Virus record (IMG/VR): IMGVR_UViG_3300024286_000011
Span: 1 to 39,255 of that record
From: a virus
Taxonomy: Duplodnaviria; Caudoviricetes
Strand: one strand, 5' to 3'
DNA length: 39,255 nt
Positions 18,579-28,271 of the stretch are shown one piece after another (positions within the stretch are counted from its first letter, which is position 1; each line of letters starts with the position of its first letter). The notes beneath the pieces were generated by a model that ran no database searches, was not told where the DNA came from, and saw only the letters and a program-made list of their open reading frames with translations. A program made the position numbers and the translations under genes.

Positions 18579-19223
18579 CTAGCTGAATTTAGAAATCTCA
18601 AAATCACTGGGCATGACGACATGCTCGTTCTTTGCCCATTCGGGCCGCGCTTCTTCAATCTTCCTGATTTTGTCGCACAACTTTTGGTCTTCTGCTTTCT
18701 CTTGCTCCGCAAACATGGCTCGCTTCGCTTCTTTCTTGATGCGCTCCGGCAAATCCTTGTTGCGAATCGCTGTATCCACGATGGCATCGCAGATAGTCGG
18801 CGTCAAAGGAACGAAATTTCTTTCAAGGACCGCTCCGGTCTTTCTGTCCCGAACTTCTTGTTCTATGACTTTGACAATCTCGTATTCCCCTTGACGAGGG
18901 AATGGCCCCATCGTTTCAACTCTCTGGCCATCAATCCATTCCGTGAACATCGTCTCCCAAACCAGTTCGGAGCCGTAGTTTTCCGGTGGACACAAGACTT
19001 CCAGGATGTAGCGGTCTTTGGTTTCGGGATATTTGAGACATTCTTTCGTTCCAATCCATTCGCCGGTTATATTTCCGTTGCCGTCAAAGGTCTTCCAGCG
19101 CCCACCAATATGCGTGAAGCGGTCGCACCCTCTGATGATTCGGAAGATAGGAAGGCCGTTGTCAGCCTTACCGCCGCGTTCAGTTACGCGCTTTGTGAGC
19201 CGATGTGGGATTGGTGGAATCAT
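18579..19223 (-). CDS. Hypothetical phage protein
   Basis: 214-aa ORF co-oriented in the head operon with a globular-looking composition. Confidence 0.75.
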   Translation of the reverse strand: MIPPIPHRLTKRVTERGGKADNGLPIFRIIRGCDRFTHIGGRWKTFDGNGNITGEWIGTKECLKYPETKDRYILEVLCPPENYGSELVWETMFTEWIDGQRVETMGPFPRQGEYEIVKVIEQEVRDRKTGAVLERNFVPLTPTICDAIVDTAIRNKDLPERIKKEAKRAMFAEQEKAEDQKLCDKIRKIEEARPEWAKNEHVVMPSDFEISKFS

Positions 19224-19258
19224 GTTTACTTGTAATCCCTACCCTGAGAGAATTGGTT

Positions 19259-19822
19259 ATGCCCCTCAAAGACTTGGTTGCCCGCAAGCTGTACATGCAG
19301 CAATATCGCGCTAAATGGACTCCTGAACAAAGGGCGGCTCATAACAAAAAATGCAGCGAATACCAGAAGAAAAACCGCATTAAGAAAAACGCCTATCAAC
19401 GCGAGTGGATTGCCAAGAACAGAGCCAAGAAATCCGCCTATTCCATGAAAGGTTACAAAAAGTGGAAAGAGCGAGACCCGCAGGCAGTTAAAGAAATGGA
19501 GCGCCGATACAGGAATAAAAATAGACTCAAGATTAGGCACCATAACCACATAAGAAAGGCAAGAAAGAAAGGAAATGGAGGCTCCCACACTCAGATTGAG
19601 TGGATTCAAAAAGTAGAATCTCTTGGGTGGAAATGTTTCTATTGTTCCGTGATCCTTACTGTTCTGACTCTTACCAAAGACCATTTTATTCCTCTGGGGA
19701 GGGGCGGCAGGAACGATTTGGAAAATATCGTTCCTGCCTGTCTCCATTGCAATTGCTCTAAGAGCGCGATGACTGGCGATGAATTTATCCAGTATCGGAA
19801 AAGTAAAACTACTCTTCAGTAA
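19259..19822 (+). CDS. HNH homing endonuclease (antisense insertion after the capsid gene)
   Basis: Basic helical N-terminus; CFYC...LTKDHFIPLGRGGRNDLENIVPACLHCNCSK; ATG 19259 preferred as start. Confidence 0.9.
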   Translation: MPLKDLVARKLYMQQYRAKWTPEQRAAHNKKCSEYQKKNRIKKNAYQREWIAKNRAKKSAYSMKGYKKWKERDPQAVKEMERRYRNKNRLKIRHHNHIRKARKKGNGGSHTQIEWIQKVESLGWKCFYCSVILTVLTLTKDHFIPLGRGGRNDLENIVPACLHCNCSKSAMTGDEFIQYRKSKTTLQ

Positions 19823-21108
19823 ATGCTCGATGAACCAATTACGGGCAATCCGAGCGATTTAATATACGAACTCCCCGCTGGCTGGCGGTTGAAAATTTGG
19901 ACCCCAGCCTTCATCCAGAACTGCTCTTGTGCAAGCAAGCCGCCTGGAACGGTGGAAGTGTCGATTTTCGGCCAGACGATCTTGTCGCCAATCGTCAGGA
20001 AACCGGTATCGGTGGCCACGATGCGCCCCCAATAGCCGAGGCAGAGGAAGTCAATGCGCGTACGGTCTTGGTGGATGGACTGTACCACTGGAACGTTCGA
20101 CATCTTGAGTCCCGACTGGTTATTGAACATCAGGTCTACTGCTTGGTTGCCGGTTGGGTCTTTCCAGATATTGCTGATGAGCAGTGCAATCGACTCGTAG
20201 GAATCGGCTTGTGCCGGATGCAGGTAGGAAATGAGTTTCGTCATTTCCGTGTTGAAGAAATTGTCTCCCAGATTCAAACGGATGCGGTTCAAAGCTGCAC
20301 GAACCATGCCCGTTGTCAGCGTGGAAGAGCCTGCATTGACGCTAGGCGTCACAACTTGCGGAACAGTTGCCCGGTTTAGGCCCAGCCATGTGCCGGAAGT
20401 CGCGTCCGACTGATGGTACTGGATGCCGAACAGGGAAGACTGCGCCGTAAGCGTGCCGGAAAGTCCGCCGATAACCAGCAAGTCCGTGGCGATACTGCCG
20501 CCTGGAGCCGCCGCTACCGTGATCGTGTGCGCTACTCGGTCAAACGCCGTAACCGTGGAAGCTCCTCGGTTCGTGGTAAGCGCCGCGTTGTACACCTGAA
20601 CGTTCTGGCCAACCATGACGAGTTCTTCCTTGAAGCCGTCAGTGGTCATTGTGAAGGTATTGGTGGACACCGAGGTAATCGTGCCGATTACGCCGTTGCC
20701 CGCCGTGTTCATCAGCATGTCGAGGAACGTCTTGAACTGCTTTACCGCAAGACGCATAACCTCGCCCGTTGCCGATTTCACGCCGCGCTCAGCTCCCGTG
20801 GTTGCGTACTTCGCAAGCAGCGTATAGCTGAAGCCAGACGTGTAATAGAACGGGGTAAGTGTTGCGGTCTGCCACACTGGGCCTCCAGTGTCGCCAACCG
20901 AACCGCCGTCCATACTCACCTGCTGGAACGTCCCACCAATCGACTGAAGCAACGGAATGCGTGTTGCCCTGTTCGATGCCGGGTCTGCTTCCTGCTTTTC
21001 CATTAGGTTGTAGAGGACCGAATCCATCTCCAAAAGTTCGGGGATGCCATCCTTGTAAACAATCAGCTCGCGTTCCAGGCCTTGAACGTTTGCCTCAACT
21101 GAAGCCAT
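19816..21108 (-). CDS. Major capsid protein
   Basis: 430 aa directly after the scaffold; AAGGAG RBS; HK97-like segment order with a central beta insertion; call is mainly positional. Confidence 0.8.
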   Translation of the reverse strand: MASVEANVQGLERELIVYKDGIPELLEMDSVLYNLMEKQEADPASNRATRIPLLQSIGGTFQQVSMDGGSVGDTGGPVWQTATLTPFYYTSGFSYTLLAKYATTGAERGVKSATGEVMRLAVKQFKTFLDMLMNTAGNGVIGTITSVSTNTFTMTTDGFKEELVMVGQNVQVYNAALTTNRGASTVTAFDRVAHTITVAAAPGGSIATDLLVIGGLSGTLTAQSSLFGIQYHQSDATSGTWLGLNRATVPQVVTPSVNAGSSTLTTGMVRAALNRIRLNLGDNFFNTEMTKLISYLHPAQADSYESIALLISNIWKDPTGNQAVDLMFNNQSGLKMSNVPVVQSIHQDRTRIDFLCLGYWGRIVATDTGFLTIGDKIVWPKIDTSTVPGGLLAQEQFWMKAGVQIFNRQPAGSSYIKSLGLPVIGSSSIY

Positions 21109-21139
21109 TAAATCTCCTTTTTGGCATCCCCGCTAAAAA

Positions 21140-22414
21140 CTAGACCCTCTTTGAGGGCGGAACGTACGTCCCGGCTTCCATCTGCTTGAAAATATCCTCC
21201 GATGTCAGTTTGCCGTTCTTCGGCACGGCAGCGGCAGCGGAAGAAGTTGCTTGTGGACCGGAACCAACGTCTTTGGTCTTTGCGGCGATTGCCTGCTTTG
21301 TCTCAATCGTCTGTTTGCTCGTCTGCAAGATGGATTTATTCCACTCGCTTGCAATATCTCGCGCCACACGCGGAATGACGAGCTTTGCCCGCTTTGTGGC
21401 GTAATCAACGATGGCATTGTGATCGGAAATTCCCTGCCGCCCTTTTTGTGCGCCTTGACGGTAACTTTCCATCTGAGCGACGAATTGCGGCTGTTCACTT
21501 AGCGCTTGAAGCGTCTTGTCGTAGACTTCCCTGACCATGCGTTTCATTGTCGCTTCCGAAGCATTTGGAGCCGCCTTTTTTAAGGTGGCTTCAATCTCCG
21601 TAACCGTGCGGTCAATGACTACGCTGTCGGTCTGTCCCCAGAACGATTCAAACGCTTGCGTGCCTTCCGATTGTTCCTTCTCTTGCAGCTTCTTTCGCAA
21701 CTCTTCGACTTCGGGATTGCTGGCTGGTGACGCAGTTCGTCCCGGAGCAATGCCGAGTGATTGAGCTACGAGTTGGACCGCTTGAGCGAGTGCCTCGTTT
21801 TTATCCCGCGCTGCAATCCCATAGAGATTATTCAGCACAGGGTCAATGTAACTGGCTGCCTGATCGCGCCAGGCGTTCAGGTCCGTTTTGGCAAGAATCT
21901 GCGGCAGTTCGGAAACCAGCTTCGTAAACGCATGGGAATCGGACTGTTTCAGGCTTTCCATGAACTCGGCAGGGCTTTCGCGGAATGTCTTTCCGAATTC
22001 CCGCGCCTGCTCCGACTCTTCCACTAGCTTTTCAGCATCGGCAAGTGTCGGTACACGTTCATGTATGCCTTTGAACTCTTCCCACGGCTGGTCCCCACGC
22101 ATTTCTACGTAGGCTTTGTGCTGGCCAAGAATCTGTCTGAGCTTCGGAGCTGCCTTGATTTGGTCCTTGAACTCCGCAAACTCACCAGTCCCTTCCGGCA
22201 CTTCGTCCAGGTTAACTTCTGTTTCTTCCGGTTCCACGCCTTCAATCGGTTTTTCGGCAGTTTCCTGTCCCGGCACCGCTGCCGGAGTTTCAGGCGTTTC
22301 TGTGCTTGGCGGAGGCACTTCCGGTGTCGCAGCCGCGCTTGCTGCGCCGCTTTCAATCTTGGCAAACTTCTGCTCAAGAGTGTCGGCAGGGGGTGTTACT
22401 ACGGTTGTTGCCAT
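21140..22414 (-). CDS. Capsid scaffolding protein
   Basis: 424 aa; acidic, Pro-rich disordered N-terminus; helical body; between portal and capsid; AAGGAG RBS. Confidence 0.7.
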   Translation of the reverse strand: MATTVVTPPADTLEQKFAKIESGAASAAATPEVPPPSTETPETPAAVPGQETAEKPIEGVEPEETEVNLDEVPEGTGEFAEFKDQIKAAPKLRQILGQHKAYVEMRGDQPWEEFKGIHERVPTLADAEKLVEESEQAREFGKTFRESPAEFMESLKQSDSHAFTKLVSELPQILAKTDLNAWRDQAASYIDPVLNNLYGIAARDKNEALAQAVQLVAQSLGIAPGRTASPASNPEVEELRKKLQEKEQSEGTQAFESFWGQTDSVVIDRTVTEIEATLKKAAPNASEATMKRMVREVYDKTLQALSEQPQFVAQMESYRQGAQKGRQGISDHNAIVDYATKRAKLVIPRVARDIASEWNKSILQTSKQTIETKQAIAAKTKDVGSGPQATSSAAAAVPKNGKLTSEDIFKQMEAGTYVPPSKRV

Positions 22415-22464
22415 TCATTGTCTCCTTAGAGCTGCGTCATTTAACGCTGACTAGGCGATTTGCT

Positions 22465-24846
22465 CTATGCTCCCGCTCCTGAACTTCCAGAAGCAGAACT
22501 CGGTTTAGGCGGATTGGCTTCCGCTGGCTTTAGATGAGGCGGAGCCTGCATTGCATCGGCTCCTGCCAAATCAGCCATCGGCCCAGTTCCCGAAGCCGCC
22601 TGTGCAGCCATTAATTGCTGCAATTCCTGCTGCTTCTCCATCATTGCGCACGCTTTTGAGAACAGATATACATTGATGTATCCCGCAGGATTCGCCTGCT
22701 TTACCTGTAATCCTTTATCGCTGATAAGCCACGCTTTTGCCGTCGCAGCCGCTACTTTTAGGTCATCGATGTTGGCGTCTGGAACGATACTCGGTACAGG
22801 CTGCGGCGGAGTTGGTTTCCCTGTCTGCGGATCAACTCCCGGCTGGCCAGGTTGCGGCTGTTCCTGAGAAAGCTGGGCAATATCCAGATTGGTTTTCTTT
22901 CTTTGCTGCTCGCCAGGCACCTGAATATCGGAAATGCCCATCATGCGAAAAATGTATTCAAGATTGTCTGCGGAGGCGACCGTCTGAAGGAAGATCGGGT
23001 TACCGCCATTCCACAAGTTCAGCAAAAGCGCCCGTACATCGGCTTCGAGGACAGGAAATTGCGCATCAACTTCAGGAAAAGCCACGATATTGCCCTGCAT
23101 GTCCTCAAGCCGCACGTAATCGGTGTCAAATTCTCCCGTATCGCCTTGCTGCGCAACTTCCATGTCCTCAGTCCGATTATTTGCGAAGCATTTCACTGCT
23201 TTGGCATCGACATTCGCCAGAAATTGCTGGAAATTGCGCCAAACACGTCCAATCCGACCCATTGCCTGGTTTCTCTGAATCGCAATGCCTGCTGCTGTAT
23301 CGTTTGAGCCTGTATCGCCGCCAAAAAGAGCCGGATAATTTCCTGATAGAAACTGAGGAATGGCGTTCATCAGCATGTCGATATACTTCATCATGGCCAT
23401 CGAAGGCTCTACGGCTTGCGTGAACTGCATTTTCTGCCGGATATCCTGATTCGGGGCCAAAGTTACAGGAGTGATATTACCAGCATTCGCTACTTGCTCG
23501 TTCCGAGCCTCAATGTCGAACAGAGAAGTATCCGCAAAGCCTTCTGGCACGCCATTCATGCAGATTTCAAACAAAAGATTCGTGCAATCGTTCAGTTGGT
23601 CCTGAATCGGCAGAATCGAGCTAATCAGCGTCTCTCGGATTGACCCTTCTCCGGGCATCGTCTGCATGGATTCCCACGCTTCATCCATGCCCTCCGCCTT
23701 CGATTCGCAATACTGGCCATTGTAGAAAACAATCTTGACGCCCTTTGGATACATCTGGAGATATTGCGCACGAAGTGTCTTGTCCTGAATCCGGTAAAAG
23801 GCTTTTGGCCGTATCCATGCCCGTTGAAACGTTCCGAGGCCCTCAAGTGTCACTCCTGAATGTCTGCCTGTGCCAAGATAAAGAAGTCTTCGTGCGATGC
23901 GCTCATAACTAGCTGCCGTTCCTGCATCGTCGCCGCCAGTCGTGCCTGAAAGTAAGTCCTCTTTCTCGGGGTAAGTCGCAATTGCTATGGACTTGTCGAT
24001 GTCCGTTACCCAGTCCATGTACAGGAAGTCAGATTGCTCATCGGCGTAAGCCGTTCTGCGAATCTGCAACGCTGGAACCATACTGACAACTTCCTGCCCT
24101 TTGGGAATCTGCAAAGTCCCTAGGGTTTCAAGGCCTGTAGCAGTTGGAGGAGGATTGTCTGTAAGCGGCTCCCCGCAATCTGGGCACGTAGGCTGAGTCT
24201 CGGTAGTGCCTTCCGACTCATACCCACAAGACGGGCAGGAAACCGTCGCTGGCCCTATCGGAACTTCTACCGGCGAAAGAATGTCCCTTTCATCATGGCC
24301 GAATTTGTCGCCATCGCTCACATAACGCACATGAGCGGCAAAGAATCCGTCCGTGCACATGAAGTAGCCGCATTCATCCATGCGTTTAGCCCAGTCGTTC
24401 TTCCTATGCATCTGATCGGTGAACTTGCTGGCATTTTTCGCCGTTGATACGTCTTGCGGGTCGGAAGCCTTTGTAGGAAAGAATTGTGCCCTCGTATTGT
24501 TTTGCGTGATGACGCTCGAAAGCGAAAGCCCTGTCGCCTGAAAAATGTTCGTCACGTTCCTGAAATTGCCGCTGTTTGTGTCCGTTTCGTCAAATCCTAC
24601 GGGCAGCATGTTCGGCGGATACCAGGCTCCTGCCGAATTGTCGTACCACCAGTACTGCTCGCCGCGCATGTAAAGCCGTCGCTGAAGAATCAGTTTCACT
24701 TCTTCCCGGCGCGGGATGTCGTCTATGCGTTCGAGGTCTACGAGCAGTTGCCAAAGCGGGAACCACAAATCACGCGTAAGATTATTCGGGTCAGGCGGAG
24801 CGCCTTGCGGTTGCTGTGCGGTCGGTGTTGTGGGGTTCGTCGCCAT
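22465..24846 (-). CDS. Portal protein with Zn-ribbon insertion
   Basis: 793 aa; YMRGEQY, VTNIFQ, ILPIQDQLND, DTAAGIAIQRNQA; Q/P-rich tail; position. Confidence 0.8.
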   Translation of the reverse strand: MATNPTTPTAQQPQGAPPDPNNLTRDLWFPLWQLLVDLERIDDIPRREEVKLILQRRLYMRGEQYWWYDNSAGAWYPPNMLPVGFDETDTNSGNFRNVTNIFQATGLSLSSVITQNNTRAQFFPTKASDPQDVSTAKNASKFTDQMHRKNDWAKRMDECGYFMCTDGFFAAHVRYVSDGDKFGHDERDILSPVEVPIGPATVSCPSCGYESEGTTETQPTCPDCGEPLTDNPPPTATGLETLGTLQIPKGQEVVSMVPALQIRRTAYADEQSDFLYMDWVTDIDKSIAIATYPEKEDLLSGTTGGDDAGTAASYERIARRLLYLGTGRHSGVTLEGLGTFQRAWIRPKAFYRIQDKTLRAQYLQMYPKGVKIVFYNGQYCESKAEGMDEAWESMQTMPGEGSIRETLISSILPIQDQLNDCTNLLFEICMNGVPEGFADTSLFDIEARNEQVANAGNITPVTLAPNQDIRQKMQFTQAVEPSMAMMKYIDMLMNAIPQFLSGNYPALFGGDTGSNDTAAGIAIQRNQAMGRIGRVWRNFQQFLANVDAKAVKCFANNRTEDMEVAQQGDTGEFDTDYVRLEDMQGNIVAFPEVDAQFPVLEADVRALLLNLWNGGNPIFLQTVASADNLEYIFRMMGISDIQVPGEQQRKKTNLDIAQLSQEQPQPGQPGVDPQTGKPTPPQPVPSIVPDANIDDLKVAAATAKAWLISDKGLQVKQANPAGYINVYLFSKACAMMEKQQELQQLMAAQAASGTGPMADLAGADAMQAPPHLKPAEANPPKPSSASGSSGAGA

Positions 24847-24863
24847 TACGGATTCACCACGAC

Positions 24864-27224
24864 CTAGTTGCTCAGAATCGGGCTGATATTATAACTAACC
24901 GAGAAATTCGTGGGTGCCGTAGTGCATGTTCCCACCGTGTTCGTAACCTGAATCGTTCCATTCGGCTTAAAGATCGTTGTGCCGACTCCCGTGCTGGTAT
25001 CTACAGAGCTATCCCAGAGAGACTTTGCCGTGGTTAGAGTTAGAGTTACAGTCGCTGTTCCGTCCGAGATCGTGACAACGGGAGCCACGGTGCATGCCGT
25101 GACCGTCGTGGAAGCGGCCTTAATGTTCGTCACATTTGTAGCGGATTGCGTTTTGAACGCGCACATGGGAGCGCCAGTTACAGTCGCTCCGAAGGTTCCA
25201 GTGACGTAGCAGGTATTCGGAACCGGGTTATTGAGGAGCGCCACCGGAAGATTTCCAGAAAAGCTTTGCAGGTTCCGGCAAGTTACGCTGCCTCCAGCGC
25301 CCAAAGCGCCCATATTGCTGCCTACGCTCGTGTAGCTAATCGTGGTCGCTGTCGCTGCCGTTACTGCTGCCTTAAAATACCCGTTATATCCAGCTACGCC
25401 AGCGCCTTCGACCACGAGACTATCACCTGCTGTACAATTCGTGTTGGCATTGGCTCCAAGCGTCGTAACCGTCAGAACCGCTGCCGTGCCGGTTGATGTT
25501 CCGCTTGCAATGGGAAACATCGTCTCACAGGCGTTTCCGCCGTTATCATTAAAGATGCCGTTGTTTGTCAGGCATTTCCCGGTTCCTGAACCGATCATGC
25601 GAAGATCAGAAGCCTGTAACGTGCCGCCCGCCGCTATGCGAGGGCCGTTCGTGTTGTTGTCGGTGCCGAAGGTGCCGCAAATCCCGCCAACCCAATGCAA
25701 GAATGAATTGGCATCCACGTTCACGCAAAAGCCGTTGGGAGTTCCAAACAGAGATGGACCGATGAACCACACGTCATTCGAGTTAATTACCTGTGTGCAC
25801 CCCGTTGCATTGGTTCCACACTCATCTATCAAAACTGAACGCCCGACTCGGAACCCGAGTCCTGAATTGCTTCCAACGACGCCAGAAACTACCAAGTTCG
25901 CAGAGTTGCCGTTGTTAGAACTTCCACCACTGGTCCACTCCCCGCTACACCCAGTGCAATTAAATCCTGCGCCGATATTGTTCACCGTGAGTGTGTGGTC
26001 CAAGAAATTGTTGCTCCCAGCCACAAAGAGAGCCGGAGCGGAATTCCCACCCCACCGCTGTATGATTATGTCATCCGTGTGTACGTTCCCACCCAGCGAC
26101 ATGGCATTGCTCTGGTTGGAAAAATTGAACACACCATCAGTCGTAAACTTATGAAAATGAATGTTGGCCGCCCCGCTAGCGGATTGGACTATGCTGCCAA
26201 GCGTAGAGTTATTCGTAAGAGGACAAGCTGCACTGCTCCCCGAATATATGAAAGTCTGGTCGGACCCGTCACCCTCCATAAGGAACCCGTCTACGGTGCT
26301 CCCTAGAACCACCACACCGTTAAGCAAAGTGGTGCATAGAAGATACCCACCGGCAGGAAAATAAAGGCGTGGAGTTGCGGAAAATATACCCTTGTTACCG
26401 GTTGATACAACGCCTAGAGATGCCGCTTTGGCTGCCGTGACAGCGGTAGACACAGGAGTGTCATCGAGCGTTCCCCATACGCATACACCAGCGGCGGTTG
26501 CTCCAGCTGTAGTGCTCGCCGTAGCTGTCGTTGCATTCTGCACCGATGCGATTGTCTGGAGACTGGCCCCGAAGAAACTGAATCCAGCGTTCAAGGAATT
26601 GCAAAACAGGTTCTTGCCGACATCGGTGGATGCGCTAAAGGCCGCACCGGAACAAGTGAACTGTGCAACCCCGCTGGTGAAGGAGCACCCTCCAGCCGCT
26701 TGAGCATCACCCTTCGCGCCATAGTTCTTGACGTTGAAACCTGGCCCAACAGATGCTTGTGGAATAGGGGAATTTACAGAAGCCCCAGTATTTCTTAGCT
26801 GAGAAGTTCCTACGCTATTTATATTCGTGCTGACATCCTGCGTTGCGCCAGTGATGGTCACGCCTGCGCTTGAAAAATTCAACGTGCCATTGCCGGAGGG
26901 AGGTGCAGCCCCTGAAGCCTGCACAGTAAACACCCATGTCGTTGAAGCAGGAACAATATTTGCATTCGGCCACAAAGCCATTGAGAAAAACCCAGAACTG
27001 CTGGTGCTGGTCGGCCCTACGCAATAGTTGGAGCCTGGATTGGGATTCACTGCATTTCCGCCAACCGTGGGATTTAGTGTTGAAGGAGAAAGGCAAGCCT
27101 TCACCGTTGCTGGATAATAGGCTACGCCGTTGGGGTCAGTCAGCGTCCCTGAGACAAGTGTCTGTGTCTGCGCTGATGCCGCAGAAGCAAAGAGAAACAA
27201 TGCGAGAAATCTTAGTTTGAACAT
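24864..27224 (-). CDS. Signal-peptide-bearing spike-like protein with pectate-lyase-3-type beta-helix
   Basis: Likely start ATG 27224, giving MFKLRFLALFLFASAASA-Q (786 aa); VSGTLTDPNG domain; FNVKNYGAKGD...DDT...LYFPAGGY; about 20 Cys. Confidence 0.75.
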   Translation of the reverse strand: MFKLRFLALFLFASAASAQTQTLVSGTLTDPNGVAYYPATVKACLSPSTLNPTVGGNAVNPNPGSNYCVGPTSTSSSGFFSMALWPNANIVPASTTWVFTVQASGAAPPSGNGTLNFSSAGVTITGATQDVSTNINSVGTSQLRNTGASVNSPIPQASVGPGFNVKNYGAKGDAQAAGGCSFTSGVAQFTCSGAAFSASTDVGKNLFCNSLNAGFSFFGASLQTIASVQNATTATASTTAGATAAGVCVWGTLDDTPVSTAVTAAKAASLGVVSTGNKGIFSATPRLYFPAGGYLLCTTLLNGVVVLGSTVDGFLMEGDGSDQTFIYSGSSAACPLTNNSTLGSIVQSASGAANIHFHKFTTDGVFNFSNQSNAMSLGGNVHTDDIIIQRWGGNSAPALFVAGSNNFLDHTLTVNNIGAGFNCTGCSGEWTSGGSSNNGNSANLVVSGVVGSNSGLGFRVGRSVLIDECGTNATGCTQVINSNDVWFIGPSLFGTPNGFCVNVDANSFLHWVGGICGTFGTDNNTNGPRIAAGGTLQASDLRMIGSGTGKCLTNNGIFNDNGGNACETMFPIASGTSTGTAAVLTVTTLGANANTNCTAGDSLVVEGAGVAGYNGYFKAAVTAATATTISYTSVGSNMGALGAGGSVTCRNLQSFSGNLPVALLNNPVPNTCYVTGTFGATVTGAPMCAFKTQSATNVTNIKAASTTVTACTVAPVVTISDGTATVTLTLTTAKSLWDSSVDTSTGVGTTIFKPNGTIQVTNTVGTCTTAPTNFSVSYNISPILSN

Positions 27225-27553
27225 GCCCATAGATTGATTGACCCTGAAGCCGCTGTGTAGTTCACGCGGTATAAAGCGCCACAAATGACCGGAGTTACCG
27301 CTTTGTTCGTTACCGCATTTGTGGGAAAGAAATTTGCGCCTGTAACCGCAATGGCCCAGGTCGTGCCGCCATCCAGGCTGATCTCTAGCTGAGCGGTAAT
27401 GGTCGTAACGGTTCCGACTGCCTGGAAGATCGCGCTGAAGTCTCCGCTGCCATGATGCTCTGCGAAGGAAAACACATTGCCGATAACCGGGGCGGTAACT
27501 GCGGAGTCGATGAGCGTTGGATTCGAAACTTGGAGTACTTTGTTGGCTGCCAT
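27212..27553 (-). CDS. Small beta-sandwich virion-like protein
   Basis: 113 aa; LEISLDGGTTW; YRVNYTA. Confidence 0.7.
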   Translation of the reverse strand: MAANKVLQVSNPTLIDSAVTAPVIGNVFSFAEHHGSGDFSAIFQAVGTVTTITAQLEISLDGGTTWAIAVTGANFFPTNAVTNKAVTPVICGALYRVNYTAASGSINLWACSN

Positions 27554-27739
27554 TTATATCTTGAATCCCTTCTTGAGAGGTTTCCAATGGCGTTTGGCCA
27601 TTCTAGCGAAGTTCGCTTCCTTGCCAAGTTTCCCGCCAGCACCAGCCTTCTGATTTGCATATTCTTGCACCGACTTTCCAGCCGCATGCGCTTTCTTCGT
27701 GAAGAGGCCACGGTGACTCGGCTTGATATTGATGCTCAT
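27554..27739 (-). CDS. Small highly basic protein
   Basis: 61 aa; INIKPSHRGLFT...ANFARMAKRHW; ATGA coupling. Confidence 0.75.
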   Translation of the reverse strand: MSINIKPSHRGLFTKKAHAAGKSVQEYANQKAGAGGKLGKEANFARMAKRHWKPLKKGFKI

Positions 27740-27909
27740 ATGCGGAAACCTTTCTTGCTCTGGTACTCCGCTTTCCCGCCCTTGGCCTTACGTTTCTCGC
27801 TGAGCATAATCGCCACGGCCTGCTTCTGATTCTTCACAACTGGCCCTTTCTTAGAACCACTGTGCAGGCTGCCCGATTTCCACTTGCCCATTACTTCGTC
27901 GTAAGGCAT
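27736..27909 (-). CDS. Small basic DUF6496-like protein
   Basis: Hand translation MPYDEVMGKWKSGSLHSGSKKGPVVKNQKQAVAIMLSEKRKAKGGKAEYQSKKGFRI (57 aa); fills the gap exactly; below the ORF-track cutoff. Confidence 0.8.
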   Translation of the reverse strand: MPYDEVMGKWKSGSLHSGSKKGPVVKNQKQAVAIMLSEKRKAKGGKAEYQSKKGFRI

Positions 27910-28260
27910 TTATTTGACCGGAGCGATAGGTTCAACAGGCTGTGGCTGAACAACGGGAGCAAGTGGCACAACGGGCTTGGGCGGCACTACAGGCACTACG
28001 CTCACAAATGGCCGAAGATCAGGCGCTCCATGCCGCCGTTCTTCTCTTGGTTCGGGCCTTGTATCCTTCGCTGCGTTGCGGCGTTCGGGCGGAGCAAAGG
28101 CGCTTACGTCCTTCGAAAACAGTGTAAGATCGGCCGCACTTAGCTTTGCTTCCTTTGGAGTCTTGCCCAGTACCTCGAGCAGCCATTCCCGCGCATCAGT
28201 CTGATTTCCTCTATTCACCACGCCAAAAAACCTGTCGAGTAGTTCCTTCGTCAGAATCAT
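27910..28260 (-). CDS. Hypothetical protein with Pro/Val-rich tail
   Basis: 116 aa; AAGGAG RBS. Confidence 0.75.
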   Translation of the reverse strand: MILTKELLDRFFGVVNRGNQTDAREWLLEVLGKTPKEAKLSAADLTLFSKDVSAFAPPERRNAAKDTRPEPREERRHGAPDLRPFVSVVPVVPPKPVVPLAPVVQPQPVEPIAPVK

Positions 28261-28271
28261 TCTCTTCTCCT

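Noticed and set aside
19226-19747. 173-aa membrane-looking - strand ORF
   Set aside because: Antisense shadow of the HNH gene
532-27220. Many + strand ORFs opposite the structural genes (e.g. 25342-26154, 18510-19235, 22737-23423)
   Set aside because: Antisense shadows of long, well-supported genes, with no motifs or RBS
27225-27587. 121-aa N-terminal extension of the 907-aa ORF
   Set aside because: It overlaps the better 113-aa and 61-aa genes in other frames, and the clear signal peptide begins at ATG 27224
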